In this document: piece by piece, positions 8,933 through 18,198 of the stretch | How positions within the stretch are numbered: the stretch's first letter is position 1 | Layout of the letters: each line of letters opens with the position of its first letter | From: Halarcobacter sp. | GTDB taxonomy: Bacteria; Campylobacterota; Campylobacteria; Campylobacterales; Arcobacteraceae | DNA length: 64,000 nucleotides | Assembly: GCA_048571215.1 (NCBI GenBank) | Contig: CP182352.1 | Location: 608,001 to 672,000 of the forward strand | Reading direction: 5' to 3' | Translations under genes and position numbers: made by a program | The notes under the pieces: model-generated | The model's input: only the letters and a program-made list of their open reading frames with translations | Told to the model about the DNA's origin: nothing | The model's database searches: none

Positions 8933-11041
8933 TTACCGTACCTTTACTCCTTGTATCGATGTTAACAATAAACCAATTGTTGTTCCATTATGTAAAAATG
9001 CAGTTGTTACTGGTGAAAATAAGCCAAATGTAGCACCTGCTAATATAGCAGAGTTTATTCCAACTGTTGCATTGAAATTGTTCTTGATTAGTTTCATAGT
9101 ATTATTTGCTAACTCTTTTGCATCTGCCACTGCATTTATATCATCTTTTAACAAACTAACATCTGCTGTTGCTTTTGCAATATCTGCACCTTTACTCATA
9201 GAGATACCAACATGTGCAGAGATTAAAGCGGGTGCATCGTTTATTCCATCTCCAACAAAAGCTACTTTTTTACCACTGTTCATTAAATCTTTTACAATTT
9301 GCGCTTTATCTTGAGGTAATAATTGGGCTTTCACTTCATCAATACCTAACTCTTGGGCAATCATTTTTGCTTTACTTTCTATATCACCTGTTAACATGAT
9401 GATATTTTTAACCCCAAGAGATTTTAATCTTTTTATTACATCTTTAGCATTAGGTCTTACTCTATCTGATAACTCAATTGTTCCTAGTAGTTTTCCATCA
9501 TAACCTATGTATAAAAGGGTTTTACCTTGTTCAAGAGATTCTTTAATTCTTTTTTTATGAGAAGAAAAATCTATTTTTTCATCATCTTCTAGAAAATGTC
9601 TACTTCCTATGATTACAGATTTCCCTCCCATTTGTGTTTTAACTCCATGGGCAACAATAAATTCAACCTCTTCATGGTGCATATGTACAAATCCATTATC
9701 TTTTGCTGCTTTTACTACAGCTTCTGCAACTGGATGAAAATAGTGTTCTTCTGTTGAAGCAGTTAAATTTAGGATCTCATCTTTTGTCCAATTTTTATCA
9801 TAAGATTGAACTTCAATAACTTCTAATTCACCAGAAGTTAGAGTTCCTGTTTTGTCAAATACAAAGGTATCAGCACTATTTAATGCTTCAATAGATTTTG
9901 CACCTTTTATCATTATCCCTTCATGTCCAGCTTTTGAAATAGTTGATTTAAATGCCACAGGAGTTGCAAGTTTTAATGCACATGAGTAGTCAGCTTGTAA
10001 AACAGAAGCTACCCGTTCCATATTCTTTGAAAGTACATAAGATATATCTGCGAGACCAAGTGTAACTGGTACAAGTTTATCTGCCAATCTTGTTGCTTTT
10101 AATTGAACTGATGATTTCTCATTTAAAGAGTTTTCAATATAGTGTTTTATTCTTTGTGTAGCAGTATTTGCACCTACATGTTCAGCCCAAATCCTAAGTC
10201 TTCCATCTTCTATAATAGTACCAGAGATTACTCTATCACCCCTTACTTTTAGAACTGGTTCAGCTTCACCTGTCATGGAAACTTGATTTACACTTGCACT
10301 ACCTTCTAAAATATGTCCATCAACTGGTATAGTATTACCAATACCAACCACAACAATATCTCCAATTTTTATATTTGCACTTTTTACTAAAGTTTCAGTT
10401 ACTTTCCCATCAACTTTAGTTTCTAACCAAGCTTCTTCAACATTTGGTTTAGATAACTCTTTTAATAAATCATCACTTTTATGTACAGTTGTTTCTTCTA
10501 TATATTCACCAAGCTCTAACATTACATTTGTAGAGTTAGCTGCAAAATAATCTTTTCTTAAAATAGAGATACCAACTGCAGCACTCTCTAAAACTTTTGA
10601 AGTTAGACCTTCATTATATAACTCTTTAGAACCTTCAATTACTAAAGGTATTGCCACACTAGATGTAACAGCTGCTTTTAGAAAATCATTTTTAATAAAT
10701 CTTTCTGAAACAAGTGCTGAACTGGCTCTTACTACACCCATAATACTAGGTTCTTCATCATTTACACAAGATACACAAACGGCAGCTTCTTTACAATTAC
10801 TTAAATAATCATCTCTAGTAGCATTAGATAACTTTTCTTCTATTAAATCTATTGTAGAAAAATCTTCAAGAATAAAAACTATACTATATGCTTTTTTATT
10901 TATTCTTACACTTTGAACACCATCTATTTGTTCAAAGTATATTTTTAAAATATTTGTATCAATAGATTTATCTTTTAATAAAGAATATTTATACCTAACT
11001 CTATTTTTTGTTTTGTGAACTTGTTTATAAGAATTACTCAT
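8933..11041 (-). CDS. fezB: Heavy-metal P1B-6-type ATPase, FezB-like
   Basis: TGE, DYSCALKL, DKTGT, HP, GDGIND, HNGTT; N-terminal R-rich NRVRYK segment. Confidence 0.85.
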   Translation of the reverse strand: MSNSYKQVHKTKNRVRYKYSLLKDKSIDTNILKIYFEQIDGVQSVRINKKAYSIVFILEDFSTIDLIEEKLSNATRDDYLSNCKEAAVCVSCVNDEEPSIMGVVRASSALVSERFIKNDFLKAAVTSSVAIPLVIEGSKELYNEGLTSKVLESAAVGISILRKDYFAANSTNVMLELGEYIEETTVHKSDDLLKELSKPNVEEAWLETKVDGKVTETLVKSANIKIGDIVVVGIGNTIPVDGHILEGSASVNQVSMTGEAEPVLKVRGDRVISGTIIEDGRLRIWAEHVGANTATQRIKHYIENSLNEKSSVQLKATRLADKLVPVTLGLADISYVLSKNMERVASVLQADYSCALKLATPVAFKSTISKAGHEGIMIKGAKSIEALNSADTFVFDKTGTLTSGELEVIEVQSYDKNWTKDEILNLTASTEEHYFHPVAEAVVKAAKDNGFVHMHHEEVEFIVAHGVKTQMGGKSVIIGSRHFLEDDEKIDFSSHKKRIKESLEQGKTLLYIGYDGKLLGTIELSDRVRPNAKDVIKRLKSLGVKNIIMLTGDIESKAKMIAQELGIDEVKAQLLPQDKAQIVKDLMNSGKKVAFVGDGINDAPALISAHVGISMSKGADIAKATADVSLLKDDINAVADAKELANNTMKLIKNNFNATVGINSAILAGATFGLFSPVTTAFLHNGTTIGLLLTSIQGVKVR

Positions 11042-11043
11042 GA

Positions 11044-11427
11044 TTATTGGTTATCTTGTGTTTCCATTTGTGCTTTTGCATCTTCATATCTCTCTTTCAA
11101 CTCTTCCATTCCCGCCTGAAAAAGTTCATTACCCTTTGAAAATGCCTTCATTATTGTTTGTTGAGCGTTTTTATTTGTAAGTAAATATGTTGCTGCTGCA
11201 CCAATTAGAGCACCTTTTATAAAATCTGCATTATTAAAAGTACTTTGATTGTTTTGTACAGGTTGATTATTAATCCCTTGGTTTATATATGGATTTTGTT
11301 GCATATTCATATTAGCAGCTGCATTTACTCTTGTACTTTCAATATTTGTATCATATGCAAATTGATTTTGTTGTACGCTATTTTGTGCATTTAAGCCATT
11401 AGGGCCCATATTTTTATTATTCATCAA
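11044..11427 (-). CDS. Small GxxxG membrane protein (YtxH-like, fez accessory)
   Basis: FIKGALIGAAATYLL followed by an amphipathic helix; N/Q-rich N-terminus. Confidence 0.7.
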   Translation of the reverse strand: MMNNKNMGPNGLNAQNSVQQNQFAYDTNIESTRVNAAANMNMQQNPYINQGINNQPVQNNQSTFNNADFIKGALIGAAATYLLTNKNAQQTIMKAFSKGNELFQAGMEELKERYEDAKAQMETQDNQ

Positions 11428-11794
11428 CTTTCTCCTCCTTGCCTTTGGTCTCTTTATTACAACAAGATGTTAAAGAATACTTTTCATCTAGTTTATCATC
11501 AAGTATCTCGATTGCATAAATACCAGCCATACCAATTGAAATAGTTGTCATGGCTTTAAGAAAACCACCTTTTTGTGTTAAGTAATTAGCAGTTTGGACA
11601 GCAGCACCAGTTGCAATGGCACCTTGAGAACTTCTTTTTACTGTTTCTTTTATAGCTAGTGTAGTACTAATCTCTTTATTTTTAACTTTTCTATAGTTTA
11701 CAGTACTAGATGCAATAGCTGAAGCTACTGCACCTGTTATAATACTTCTTAGTACTGGGTTGTCATTATTTGTAGTTGATATTGTATTTATCAT
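11417..11794 (-). CDS. Small Gly/Ala-rich membrane protein (fez accessory)
   Basis: GAVASAIA, GAIATGAA, GMAG segments. Confidence 0.65.
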   Translation of the reverse strand: MINTISTTNNDNPVLRSIITGAVASAIASSTVNYRKVKNKEISTTLAIKETVKRSSQGAIATGAAVQTANYLTQKGGFLKAMTTISIGMAGIYAIEILDDKLDEKYSLTSCCNKETKGKEEKVDE

Positions 11795-12034
11795 TTATTT
11801 CCCTTTATCCTCAATTACTTCTTTTAAAGATTCTTCCTCTTTTTTCTTTTTAATACATTGTGCAGTTGCATTTATAGTATCTTTTACATCATCGACTTTT
11901 TCTTTCCCTTTTGATGCAATATCTTTTGACTTGTTAAAAAGTGAGTCAACTTTTTGTTTAATCTTATCAGACTTGTTGTATGCAAATACTGCACCAGCTC
12001 CTACAGCTAATCCTGCTATAAATGGTAAGGCCAT
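11795..12034 (-). CDS. Small GxxxG membrane protein (FezA-like)
   Basis: MALPFIAGLAVGAGAVFAY plus charged tail. Confidence 0.7.
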   Translation of the reverse strand: MALPFIAGLAVGAGAVFAYNKSDKIKQKVDSLFNKSKDIASKGKEKVDDVKDTINATAQCIKKKKEEESLKEVIEDKGK

Positions 12035-12037
12035 AAT

Positions 12038-12709
12038 CTACTCCTCTTCTTTATTTATGTAGTTATTTAAAAGTGCTATTGCAGCAGCTCCAAGTGCCGC
12101 ACCACCAACCATTGAAATATTTAGTTTTGAAAATAGTTCAGTTAATTTTGACTGATCTACATTGCCACTTAACATATCATCTAAAATCATTTGATATTCA
12201 CCCATTTTTTCCATAATTTGATCTTGGTTAAAACCCTGGGTTGTATTTGCTACATTGTAATGATCTATTACACAATTTCTGAAAGCTGGAAGATGATTAT
12301 TATAAGAAGCAGCTTGCAATCTATAAAAAACATCTTTTATATCAGGTTCTTGAATATATGTTAATAGGTGATCATACATTGCAATATTTTTAATTTCACT
12401 TGCAACTCCTAATTCACAACATTCTATAAAGGTATCTGGAACCTGCAAGTTTGTTGACCAATTATTGAAAGGTATCTCAATCCCATATTTTTGAAATAAA
12501 GGAACAAGTAGGGCATAATGTCTTGCTTCTGATTCTTTGATATGTACAAATGGTTGTACAAAACCAAATTTTTCAATTATTTTTACATATGCCTCGTATG
12601 CTTTCATTTCATCATACATAGCTATTCTAAGAACTTGTGATAAAACAGCTTGTAGATCGTTTTCATCTACTTTTTGTGATAGTAGAATTGATTCATCATT
12701 ATTTATCAC
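12038..12709 (-). CDS. Ferritin-like protein (DUF2202-like) with C-terminal GxxxG anchor
   Basis: DEMKA, ESEARH, SEIKN, ASYNNHLPAF carboxylate/His pattern; GGAALGAAAIALL tail. Confidence 0.75.
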   Translation of the reverse strand: MINNDESILLSQKVDENDLQAVLSQVLRIAMYDEMKAYEAYVKIIEKFGFVQPFVHIKESEARHYALLVPLFQKYGIEIPFNNWSTNLQVPDTFIECCELGVASEIKNIAMYDHLLTYIQEPDIKDVFYRLQAASYNNHLPAFRNCVIDHYNVANTTQGFNQDQIMEKMGEYQMILDDMLSGNVDQSKLTELFSKLNISMVGGAALGAAAIALLNNYINKEEE

Positions 12710-13024
12710 CTATATAATCTCCTTTGACAAGTTATTTATAAGTAAGCTTATCTCTTCAATATTTTGCCCTTTTATTAAATCTTCCCATAAAGATGGTGTA
12801 AATATTTTAGAATCATAAAGGATGGTTACAGAAGCAATTATTTTATTTATCTTAATACTTTTTATTCCATTAATTCGTGAAGGTAAAGATTCAATATCAT
12901 CAATTGATACATTGTCACTCTCTTTTTGAATTTTTGGATTTACTCTTACTCTTATTCTTCCAGGGCTATGTGCTATTATTGTAAAATAACTTGCAATTTT
13001 TATTATCTGTTCTTCTGTAATCAA
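12710..13024 (-). CDS. HMA-like domain protein (FezC-like)
   Basis: HSPGRIRVRV R-rich motif, GIKSIKINKIIASVTILYD. Confidence 0.75.
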   Translation of the reverse strand: MITEEQIIKIASYFTIIAHSPGRIRVRVNPKIQKESDNVSIDDIESLPSRINGIKSIKINKIIASVTILYDSKIFTPSLWEDLIKGQNIEEISLLINNLSKEII

Positions 13025-13081
13025 AAATATCCTTTAATGTAATTTTTTCTATTTATAACTTTATGCAAACTTATTTTAGAC

Positions 13082-13096
13082 TCATAGTCATTATCA
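13082..13096. promoter_or_regulatory. Fur-box-like site overlapping the fur stop codon
   Basis: Minus strand TGATAAT-G-ACTATGA. Confidence 0.5.
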
Positions 13097-13549
13097 GTTT
13101 TTTTGACACTCTTCACATAAACCATAAATAGACATAACATGATTTTTTAAAACAAAGCCATTTTTTTCGGCAATTTTTATCTGTTTTAGTTCAATAATAT
13201 CATCAGTAAATTCAATGATTTTATGACAAGAGGTACAAATAAGATGATCATGGTGGTGATCAAGATTTAGCTCAAACCTTCTAGTGCCATCACCAACATC
13301 TAAAGCCTCTACAATATTCATCTCTTCAAAGAAATTTATGCTTCTATATACAGTTGCAATTCCAATATCTAAGTTGAATTCTTTGTGAACCTCAGATGCT
13401 ATCTCTTCAGCACTTAAATGTGTTTGACTAAAAAAAAGGATTTTAAGAATGTAATCTTTTTGAATAGAGTTTTTAAAACCAAGTTTTGAAATATGGGATT
13501 TAAAGTTTTTAAGGAATAGGTCATATCTTTTTTCTTGATTAGTTGACAT
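13094..13549 (-). CDS. fur: Fur-family transcriptional regulator
   Basis: HLSAEE, IGIATVYR, HHHDHLICTSC, terminal CEEC. Confidence 0.9.
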   Translation of the reverse strand: MSTNQEKRYDLFLKNFKSHISKLGFKNSIQKDYILKILFFSQTHLSAEEIASEVHKEFNLDIGIATVYRSINFFEEMNIVEALDVGDGTRRFELNLDHHHDHLICTSCHKIIEFTDDIIELKQIKIAEKNGFVLKNHVMSIYGLCEECQKN

Positions 13550-13690
13550 TTAATTATTCCCTATAAAAATTACTACTAATGAGATTAATAGCGTTGTTGC
13601 ATAAACTATGGGTAAGTTTTTATTTATTCGCATATTTCTTTTGAAAAAAATTGATGAGTCAAAATTAGACGATTGTTTTTTTGTTTTCAT
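13550..13690 (-). CDS. Unannotated 46-aa membrane peptide MKTKKQSSNFDSSIFFKRNMRINKNLPIVYATTLLISLVVIFIGNN
   Basis: AAGGAA RBS; its TAA directly abuts the fur ATG; C-terminal hydrophobic stretch. Confidence 0.6.
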   Translation of the reverse strand: MKTKKQSSNFDSSIFFKRNMRINKNLPIVYATTLLISLVVIFIGNN

Positions 13691-13699
13691 TTTATTCCT

Positions 13700-13764
13700 T
13701 AATATCGATTATCAGAATTATACTCCTATTAAACTTAACATATTTTTAATGATAATTATTATTG
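13700..13764. promoter_or_regulatory. Two Fur boxes (13700-13714, 13750-13764)
   Basis: TGATAAT-C-GATATTA (minus) and TGATAAT-T-ATTATTG. Confidence 0.7.
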
Positions 13765-13831
13765 ATTTAATTTTTAACAAAGGAAAAATATTTTAATATT
13801 GTGATAATAGTTAAAAATAAAAGGTTCAAAC

Positions 13832-14209
13832 ATGTTATTAGCAATTGGAGAAACAACTAGTAAAATTGTATTTAGTACTTTATTAACAAAAGCAATAAAT
13901 AATTTGCTTACATCAAAAAATAAAGATAAATTAGAAAAAAAGAATTATTTACTTAGTTATAAAACAAAGTTATTAATTAAGTTATATGAAAAAATATCTT
14001 TATTGGATGATAACTTTTTATCATCTGATTTAGATGTAATTAAATCTATCATAAATAAAATATCTATAATTATAGAAGATAAAGATTTTAATGAAAAGTT
14101 AGATAATTATCTTTTTATTTTAGAAGAATCAGATAAAAATAAGTATGGTATAGATATGCAATTAATAAATAATGAAATGAAACAAGTTATAAAAAAGAAT
14201 ATTAAATAA
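13832..14209 (+). CDS. Hypothetical protein
   Basis: 125-aa ORF with AAAGG RBS. Confidence 0.55.
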   Translation: MLLAIGETTSKIVFSTLLTKAINNLLTSKNKDKLEKKNYLLSYKTKLLIKLYEKISLLDDNFLSSDLDVIKSIINKISIIIEDKDFNEKLDNYLFILEESDKNKYGIDMQLINNEMKQVIKKNIK

Positions 14210-14223
14210 ACCTAATATTCTTT

Positions 14224-14775
14224 TTATAAAATAGTATGTTCAATTAGTATTTTAAGACCAATACCTATAAGTACAATACCACCAATCTTTTCAGCTTTAT
14301 CTTCTAAAAAAGATCCACCTTTTGTCCCTAAAAAAACTCCTAAAAAGCTGAATATAAAGGTGATTACTCCAATTAAAGTCATAGAGATAAATGGGTTTAA
14401 ATCCATTAATGTAAGAGTAAATCCAGCAGCCATAGCATCTATACTTGTTGCAATAGCTAAAACCAAAAGTATTTTATTTGTAACTTGTGATATCTCATCT
14501 TCTGTATTTTCTTGAAAACTTTCATAAAACATCTTAGCACCAATTAAAGCTAGTAAAATAAAGGCAATCCAATGATCTATTGATTGGATAAAACTTCCCA
14601 CTCCAACACTTGCAAGGTATCCAAAAAATGGCATTAATGCTTGAAATACACCAAAAAATAGTGCAACTTTAAAAGCTAAATAGATATCAAATTTTTTTGT
14701 TTTTACACCTATTCCTATTGAAACAGCAAATGCATCCATACTAAGTGCAAGTGCTAAAAAAATAACTTCTATCAA
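14224..14775 (-). CDS. mntP: Manganese efflux pump MntP
   Basis: ALSMDAFAVS and ATSIDAMAAG repeats. Confidence 0.9.
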   Translation of the reverse strand: MIEVIFLALALSMDAFAVSIGIGVKTKKFDIYLAFKVALFFGVFQALMPFFGYLASVGVGSFIQSIDHWIAFILLALIGAKMFYESFQENTEDEISQVTNKILLVLAIATSIDAMAAGFTLTLMDLNPFISMTLIGVITFIFSFLGVFLGTKGGSFLEDKAEKIGGIVLIGIGLKILIEHTIL

Positions 14776-14864
14776 TAAAACTCCTTAAAAATTGAATAAT
14801 ATCATATAAAATTTATCAAGAAGTTAAAATTTAATTAGCAATTAAAAAAGTTTTTATAAATTTA

Positions 14865-15662
14865 CTAATTAAATGCTGACATTACAATACCTCCATCAAC
14901 TCTTAGCATAGCGCCATTTGTAGTACTTGATAAACCACTTGCTGCATAAACAATCATATTTGCAGTTTCTTCAACTTCTGCAAATCTTTTTATAAGTGAA
15001 CTAGGTCTGTGTACTTCAAAAAACTCTTTTTCTATCTCTTCAAAACTTTTATTCTCTTTTTTTGCTAATTCATCTAAGAATTTCATTACACCTTCTGATT
15101 TTGAAGGTCCTACTATAATAGAGTTTGAAGTAACTGCTGTACCTTCTGTAAGTTGAGCAATTCCCCTTGCAACTGAGACTTGGGCAGTTTTTGTCATCCC
15201 ATAGTGTATCATCTCTTTTGGAATATTTAGTGCTGATTCACTAGAAATAAAGATAATTCTTCCCCAGTTTTGTTCCACCATTTTAGATAAATAGTGTTGA
15301 GATAATCTTACTCCACTCATCACATTTACATTAAACATATGTAACCAATCTTGTTCTGTTAAGTCTTCAAAGTTTTTTGGTTCAAATATTCCTAAATTGT
15401 TTATTAAAATATCTATTTGTGGTATTTGAGAAATAAGATAATTACATCCCTCATTATCTTTTAAATCAGCTTTAACACCACTAATTTTTGCTTCTGGAAT
15501 CTGTTTTTTAATACTTAGTATTGCTTTTTGTAGTTTTTGTTCATCTCTACCATTTATAATAACTTCTGCACCCTCTTCACACAACTTTTTTGCAGTTGCT
15601 AGTCCTATTCCTTGTGTAGCGCCGGTGATAAGTGCAATCCTATTTTCTACTTTTAAATCCAT
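14865..15662 (-). CDS. Short-chain dehydrogenase/reductase
   Basis: TGATQGIG, NNLG, YGMTK, VDGG. Confidence 0.92.
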   Translation of the reverse strand: MDLKVENRIALITGATQGIGLATAKKLCEEGAEVIINGRDEQKLQKAILSIKKQIPEAKISGVKADLKDNEGCNYLISQIPQIDILINNLGIFEPKNFEDLTEQDWLHMFNVNVMSGVRLSQHYLSKMVEQNWGRIIFISSESALNIPKEMIHYGMTKTAQVSVARGIAQLTEGTAVTSNSIIVGPSKSEGVMKFLDELAKKENKSFEEIEKEFFEVHRPSSLIKRFAEVEETANMIVYAASGLSSTTNGAMLRVDGGIVMSAFN

Positions 15663-15683
15663 AATTACTCCTTATTTAGGAGA

Positions 15684-15716
15684 ATTATAGTTTTAAAAAA
15701 TCGTTAAATTATCGCA
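15684..15716 (-). promoter_or_regulatory. GCGA-box promoter 1 (SDR)
   Basis: TGCGATAATTTAACGA-N11-TATAAT. Confidence 0.75.
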
Positions 15717-15720
15717 GAGC

Positions 15721-16479
15721 TTATATTATCTCTATTTTATATCCTGTATTATTTTGTGTAGTTATCAAATCCTTATGTAGCTTATTTCTAAGTCTAAAAA
15801 GTATTGACCTAAATGCTGCATAACCTGCTGGCTCATCTTGCCAAATAGCGTACTCTATTTGTTCTTGAGATATATTATATCCTGCACTATTACAAAGAAT
15901 TTTTATAATTTGAGTTTCTTTTTTAGTAAGTTTTACAGGCTCATCCCCATAATATAAGATTTCTGTTTCTTTATCAAAAAGATATCCATATTTTAACTTA
16001 ACAGTACGTGATTTTTGTTCCCTTACTAACTCTAATTGATGACTTAATGTTTTATTGATATTTTCTGTGGCATTTAGTTCATGATCTCTTTTTGTATCAT
16101 CTTTAGATTTTTCTAGGGCTATCTCAATTGCTGCATGGAGATGACTTTTTTTATATGGTTTTAAAATATATCCATATGCCAAGGTTTCAGAAGCTTTTTT
16201 TATAGTAGAGATTTCAGAATTAGCAGTTAAAAAAACAACTGGAACATTTGGTAATATATGTTTTAACTCTTTTGCTAACTCAATACCTGTTGTAGGACCC
16301 TTTAAATATATATCCATTAAAATCAAATCAGGTTTAATCCCTTTTTCAAGAAGTTTCATAGTTTTGCATTTATTTGGTGCTATACCACAAGGCTCATATC
16401 CTAGCTCTATTAATGTTTCTTTTAAATTCATAGCAATAATAGACTCATCTTCAACAATCAATATTTTTATTTTTTCCAT
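15721..16479 (-). CDS. Response regulator (REC + winged HTH), copy 1
   Basis: IVEDE, LMDIYL, LKP; C-terminal wHTH ending TGYKI. Confidence 0.92.
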   Translation of the reverse strand: MEKIKILIVEDESIIAMNLKETLIELGYEPCGIAPNKCKTMKLLEKGIKPDLILMDIYLKGPTTGIELAKELKHILPNVPVVFLTANSEISTIKKASETLAYGYILKPYKKSHLHAAIEIALEKSKDDTKRDHELNATENINKTLSHQLELVREQKSRTVKLKYGYLFDKETEILYYGDEPVKLTKKETQIIKILCNSAGYNISQEQIEYAIWQDEPAGYAAFRSILFRLRNKLHKDLITTQNNTGYKIEII

Positions 16480-17780
16480 TATTCCTCCCTTAGTGGGAAA
16501 AAGATATTACACTCTAATCCCTTATTATTTTTAAAATCTATTGTTCCATCTAATTGGTCTTCAACTATAGAATGGATTAGTTGCATCCCAATTGAATCAG
16601 TCTTATATAAGGATGTGATGTTTTTTAGTCCATCCCCATTATCTCTAATCTTTAAGTGAATCTCATCTTCTAATTTTTTTATATGGATACATAAAAGATT
16701 TTCTCTGTTTTCTTTAAAAGCATATTTTAATGCATTTACACAAAGCTCATGTAAAACCATACCTACTTGTATACACCTATTTGTAGAGAATATAAGTTGG
16801 TCTATATTTAAATCAACCTCCAAATAAGTTTTATTTGAAATATATAACTCTTTTATATCATCAATAAGCCTTTTTATATAATCTTCCAAATTTATATATG
16901 CAAGATTTTCCCCAAGATATAAAAACTCATGGACCAATGCCATGGTATTTATTCTACTTCTACTTTGTTTTAATATATATTTTACTTCATCATCTTGTAC
17001 TCTTCTATATTGCATAGTTAGTAAAGATGAAATTATCTCCATATTGTTTTTAACTCTATGATGAATCTCTTTTAATAATATCTCTTTTTCATCAACTGAT
17101 TTTTGTAGCTCTTGGTTCATATTTGTTATTTTATTTCTATATACAAATCTAGGAGTGATATCCCTACCAAAGGCACAAATATAATCTTGACCACCATAAA
17201 TAAATCCATGACCAGAAACCTCTATATTTATTATACTTCCATCTTTTTTTCTTTGGGTTGTTTCTAGTGTCCAGTTTTTTGTATTTTTTATTTCAAGCAT
17301 ACATTCTTGGGCACTATTTCTATCAAAATTTGGATCCATCTCTTCTAAAAACATATCAAGCATCTCATCTTTTGTATAACCCAACATATTGCAAGCGGCA
17401 TTGTTTATATATACAATTCTTGCATCCAAAGTAAACCAATATATTGCATCAACGGAGTTATCAAGGGCAAATTCATATGGCGCTAGTCTATCTTTATCTT
17501 TTCTTTTTAATTCCTTATATGCCTTGTCAATATTTCGTATAACTTTTTGCATATGGTTTATCATCAAATAAAGAATAATCCCTGTAGAAATTACAAATAA
17601 AATTGCAAAAGTCAAGGGTCCTTGTTGGGAAATACTATTGTGTTCAAAAATAATTGTTATAAGTTTATCAAAGAACATAGCCCCTAAAACACCAATGATG
17701 ATATATGTTAATGAAAATCTTCTGGCTAACTTATTTTTATTTAAAACTGTATTTTTAAAATTTTCAATTCTTTTTATCAT
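16479..17780 (-). CDS. 2TM-PAS-HisKA_2 sensor kinase, copy 1
   Basis: KEIHHRVKNN H-box, ELCVNALKYAF, DNGDG; PAS domain. Confidence 0.92.
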   Translation of the reverse strand: MIKRIENFKNTVLNKNKLARRFSLTYIIIGVLGAMFFDKLITIIFEHNSISQQGPLTFAILFVISTGIILYLMINHMQKVIRNIDKAYKELKRKDKDRLAPYEFALDNSVDAIYWFTLDARIVYINNAACNMLGYTKDEMLDMFLEEMDPNFDRNSAQECMLEIKNTKNWTLETTQRKKDGSIINIEVSGHGFIYGGQDYICAFGRDITPRFVYRNKITNMNQELQKSVDEKEILLKEIHHRVKNNMEIISSLLTMQYRRVQDDEVKYILKQSRSRINTMALVHEFLYLGENLAYINLEDYIKRLIDDIKELYISNKTYLEVDLNIDQLIFSTNRCIQVGMVLHELCVNALKYAFKENRENLLCIHIKKLEDEIHLKIRDNGDGLKNITSLYKTDSIGMQLIHSIVEDQLDGTIDFKNNKGLECNIFFPLREE

Positions 17781-17830
17781 TGTAAACCTTTTGAAAAATT
17801 ATAGCAAAAAATTTTTGTATAAAATAAAAC

Positions 17831-17863
17831 TGCGATAATTTAGCGATATTATTAATTTAAAGT
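17831..17863 (+). promoter_or_regulatory. GCGA-box promoter 2 (phenol hydroxylase operon)
   Basis: TGCGATAATTTAGCGA-N11-TAAAGT. Confidence 0.8.
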
Positions 17864-17926
17864 TCACTAGTCAAAGATGAATTATATGATTTATAAGACA
17901 TCTGAATACTAAAAAAAGGTTGTGAT

Positions 17927-18178
17927 ATGGGTGCAAGCACTTTACAAACCAAATTGGATAAGTATGTACATATAACAAATCAAACCCAAAAAGGTTTAAT
18001 TGAGTTTGATTTTTCAGTTGGCAATCCAACATTGTATGTAGAACTAGCCTTACCAGTAAAACAGTTTGAGGAGTTTTGTAAGAAAAATCAAGTGAAATTT
18101 CTCACAAAACAACAGCTAATTGATGTAGAAAACGACAAGTATAAATGGAAGTTTGGCGTAGTTGGAACATCAAAATAG
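17927..18178 (+). CDS. dmpK: Phenol hydroxylase assembly subunit P0
   Basis: IEFDFSVGNPTLYVELALP motif; first gene of operon. Confidence 0.88.
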   Translation: MGASTLQTKLDKYVHITNQTQKGLIEFDFSVGNPTLYVELALPVKQFEEFCKKNQVKFLTKQQLIDVENDKYKWKFGVVGTSK

Positions 18179-18198
18179 ATTTAAACAGGAGAAGAAGA

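Noticed and set aside
8523..13024. Magnetosome island
   Set aside because: Small Gly/Ala membrane proteins are present but no mamA/B/E/K/M/Q-like genes; the P1B-6 ATPase context fits fez
13608..13796. 62-aa plus-strand ORF
   Set aside because: Antisense to the better-supported 46-aa ORF and runs across Fur boxes
14776..14864. yybP-ykoY Mn riboswitch upstream of mntP
   Set aside because: The gap is under 90 bp, almost all A/T, with no recognisable stems
17781..17926. Sigma54 (-24/-12) promoter or DmpR UAS
   Set aside because: No TGGC-N-TTGC element seen and no NtrC-family activator in the window
18145..18198. Longer N-terminus for dmpL from the ORF track
   Set aside because: It overlaps dmpK; the RBS AGGAG supports the ATG at 18199
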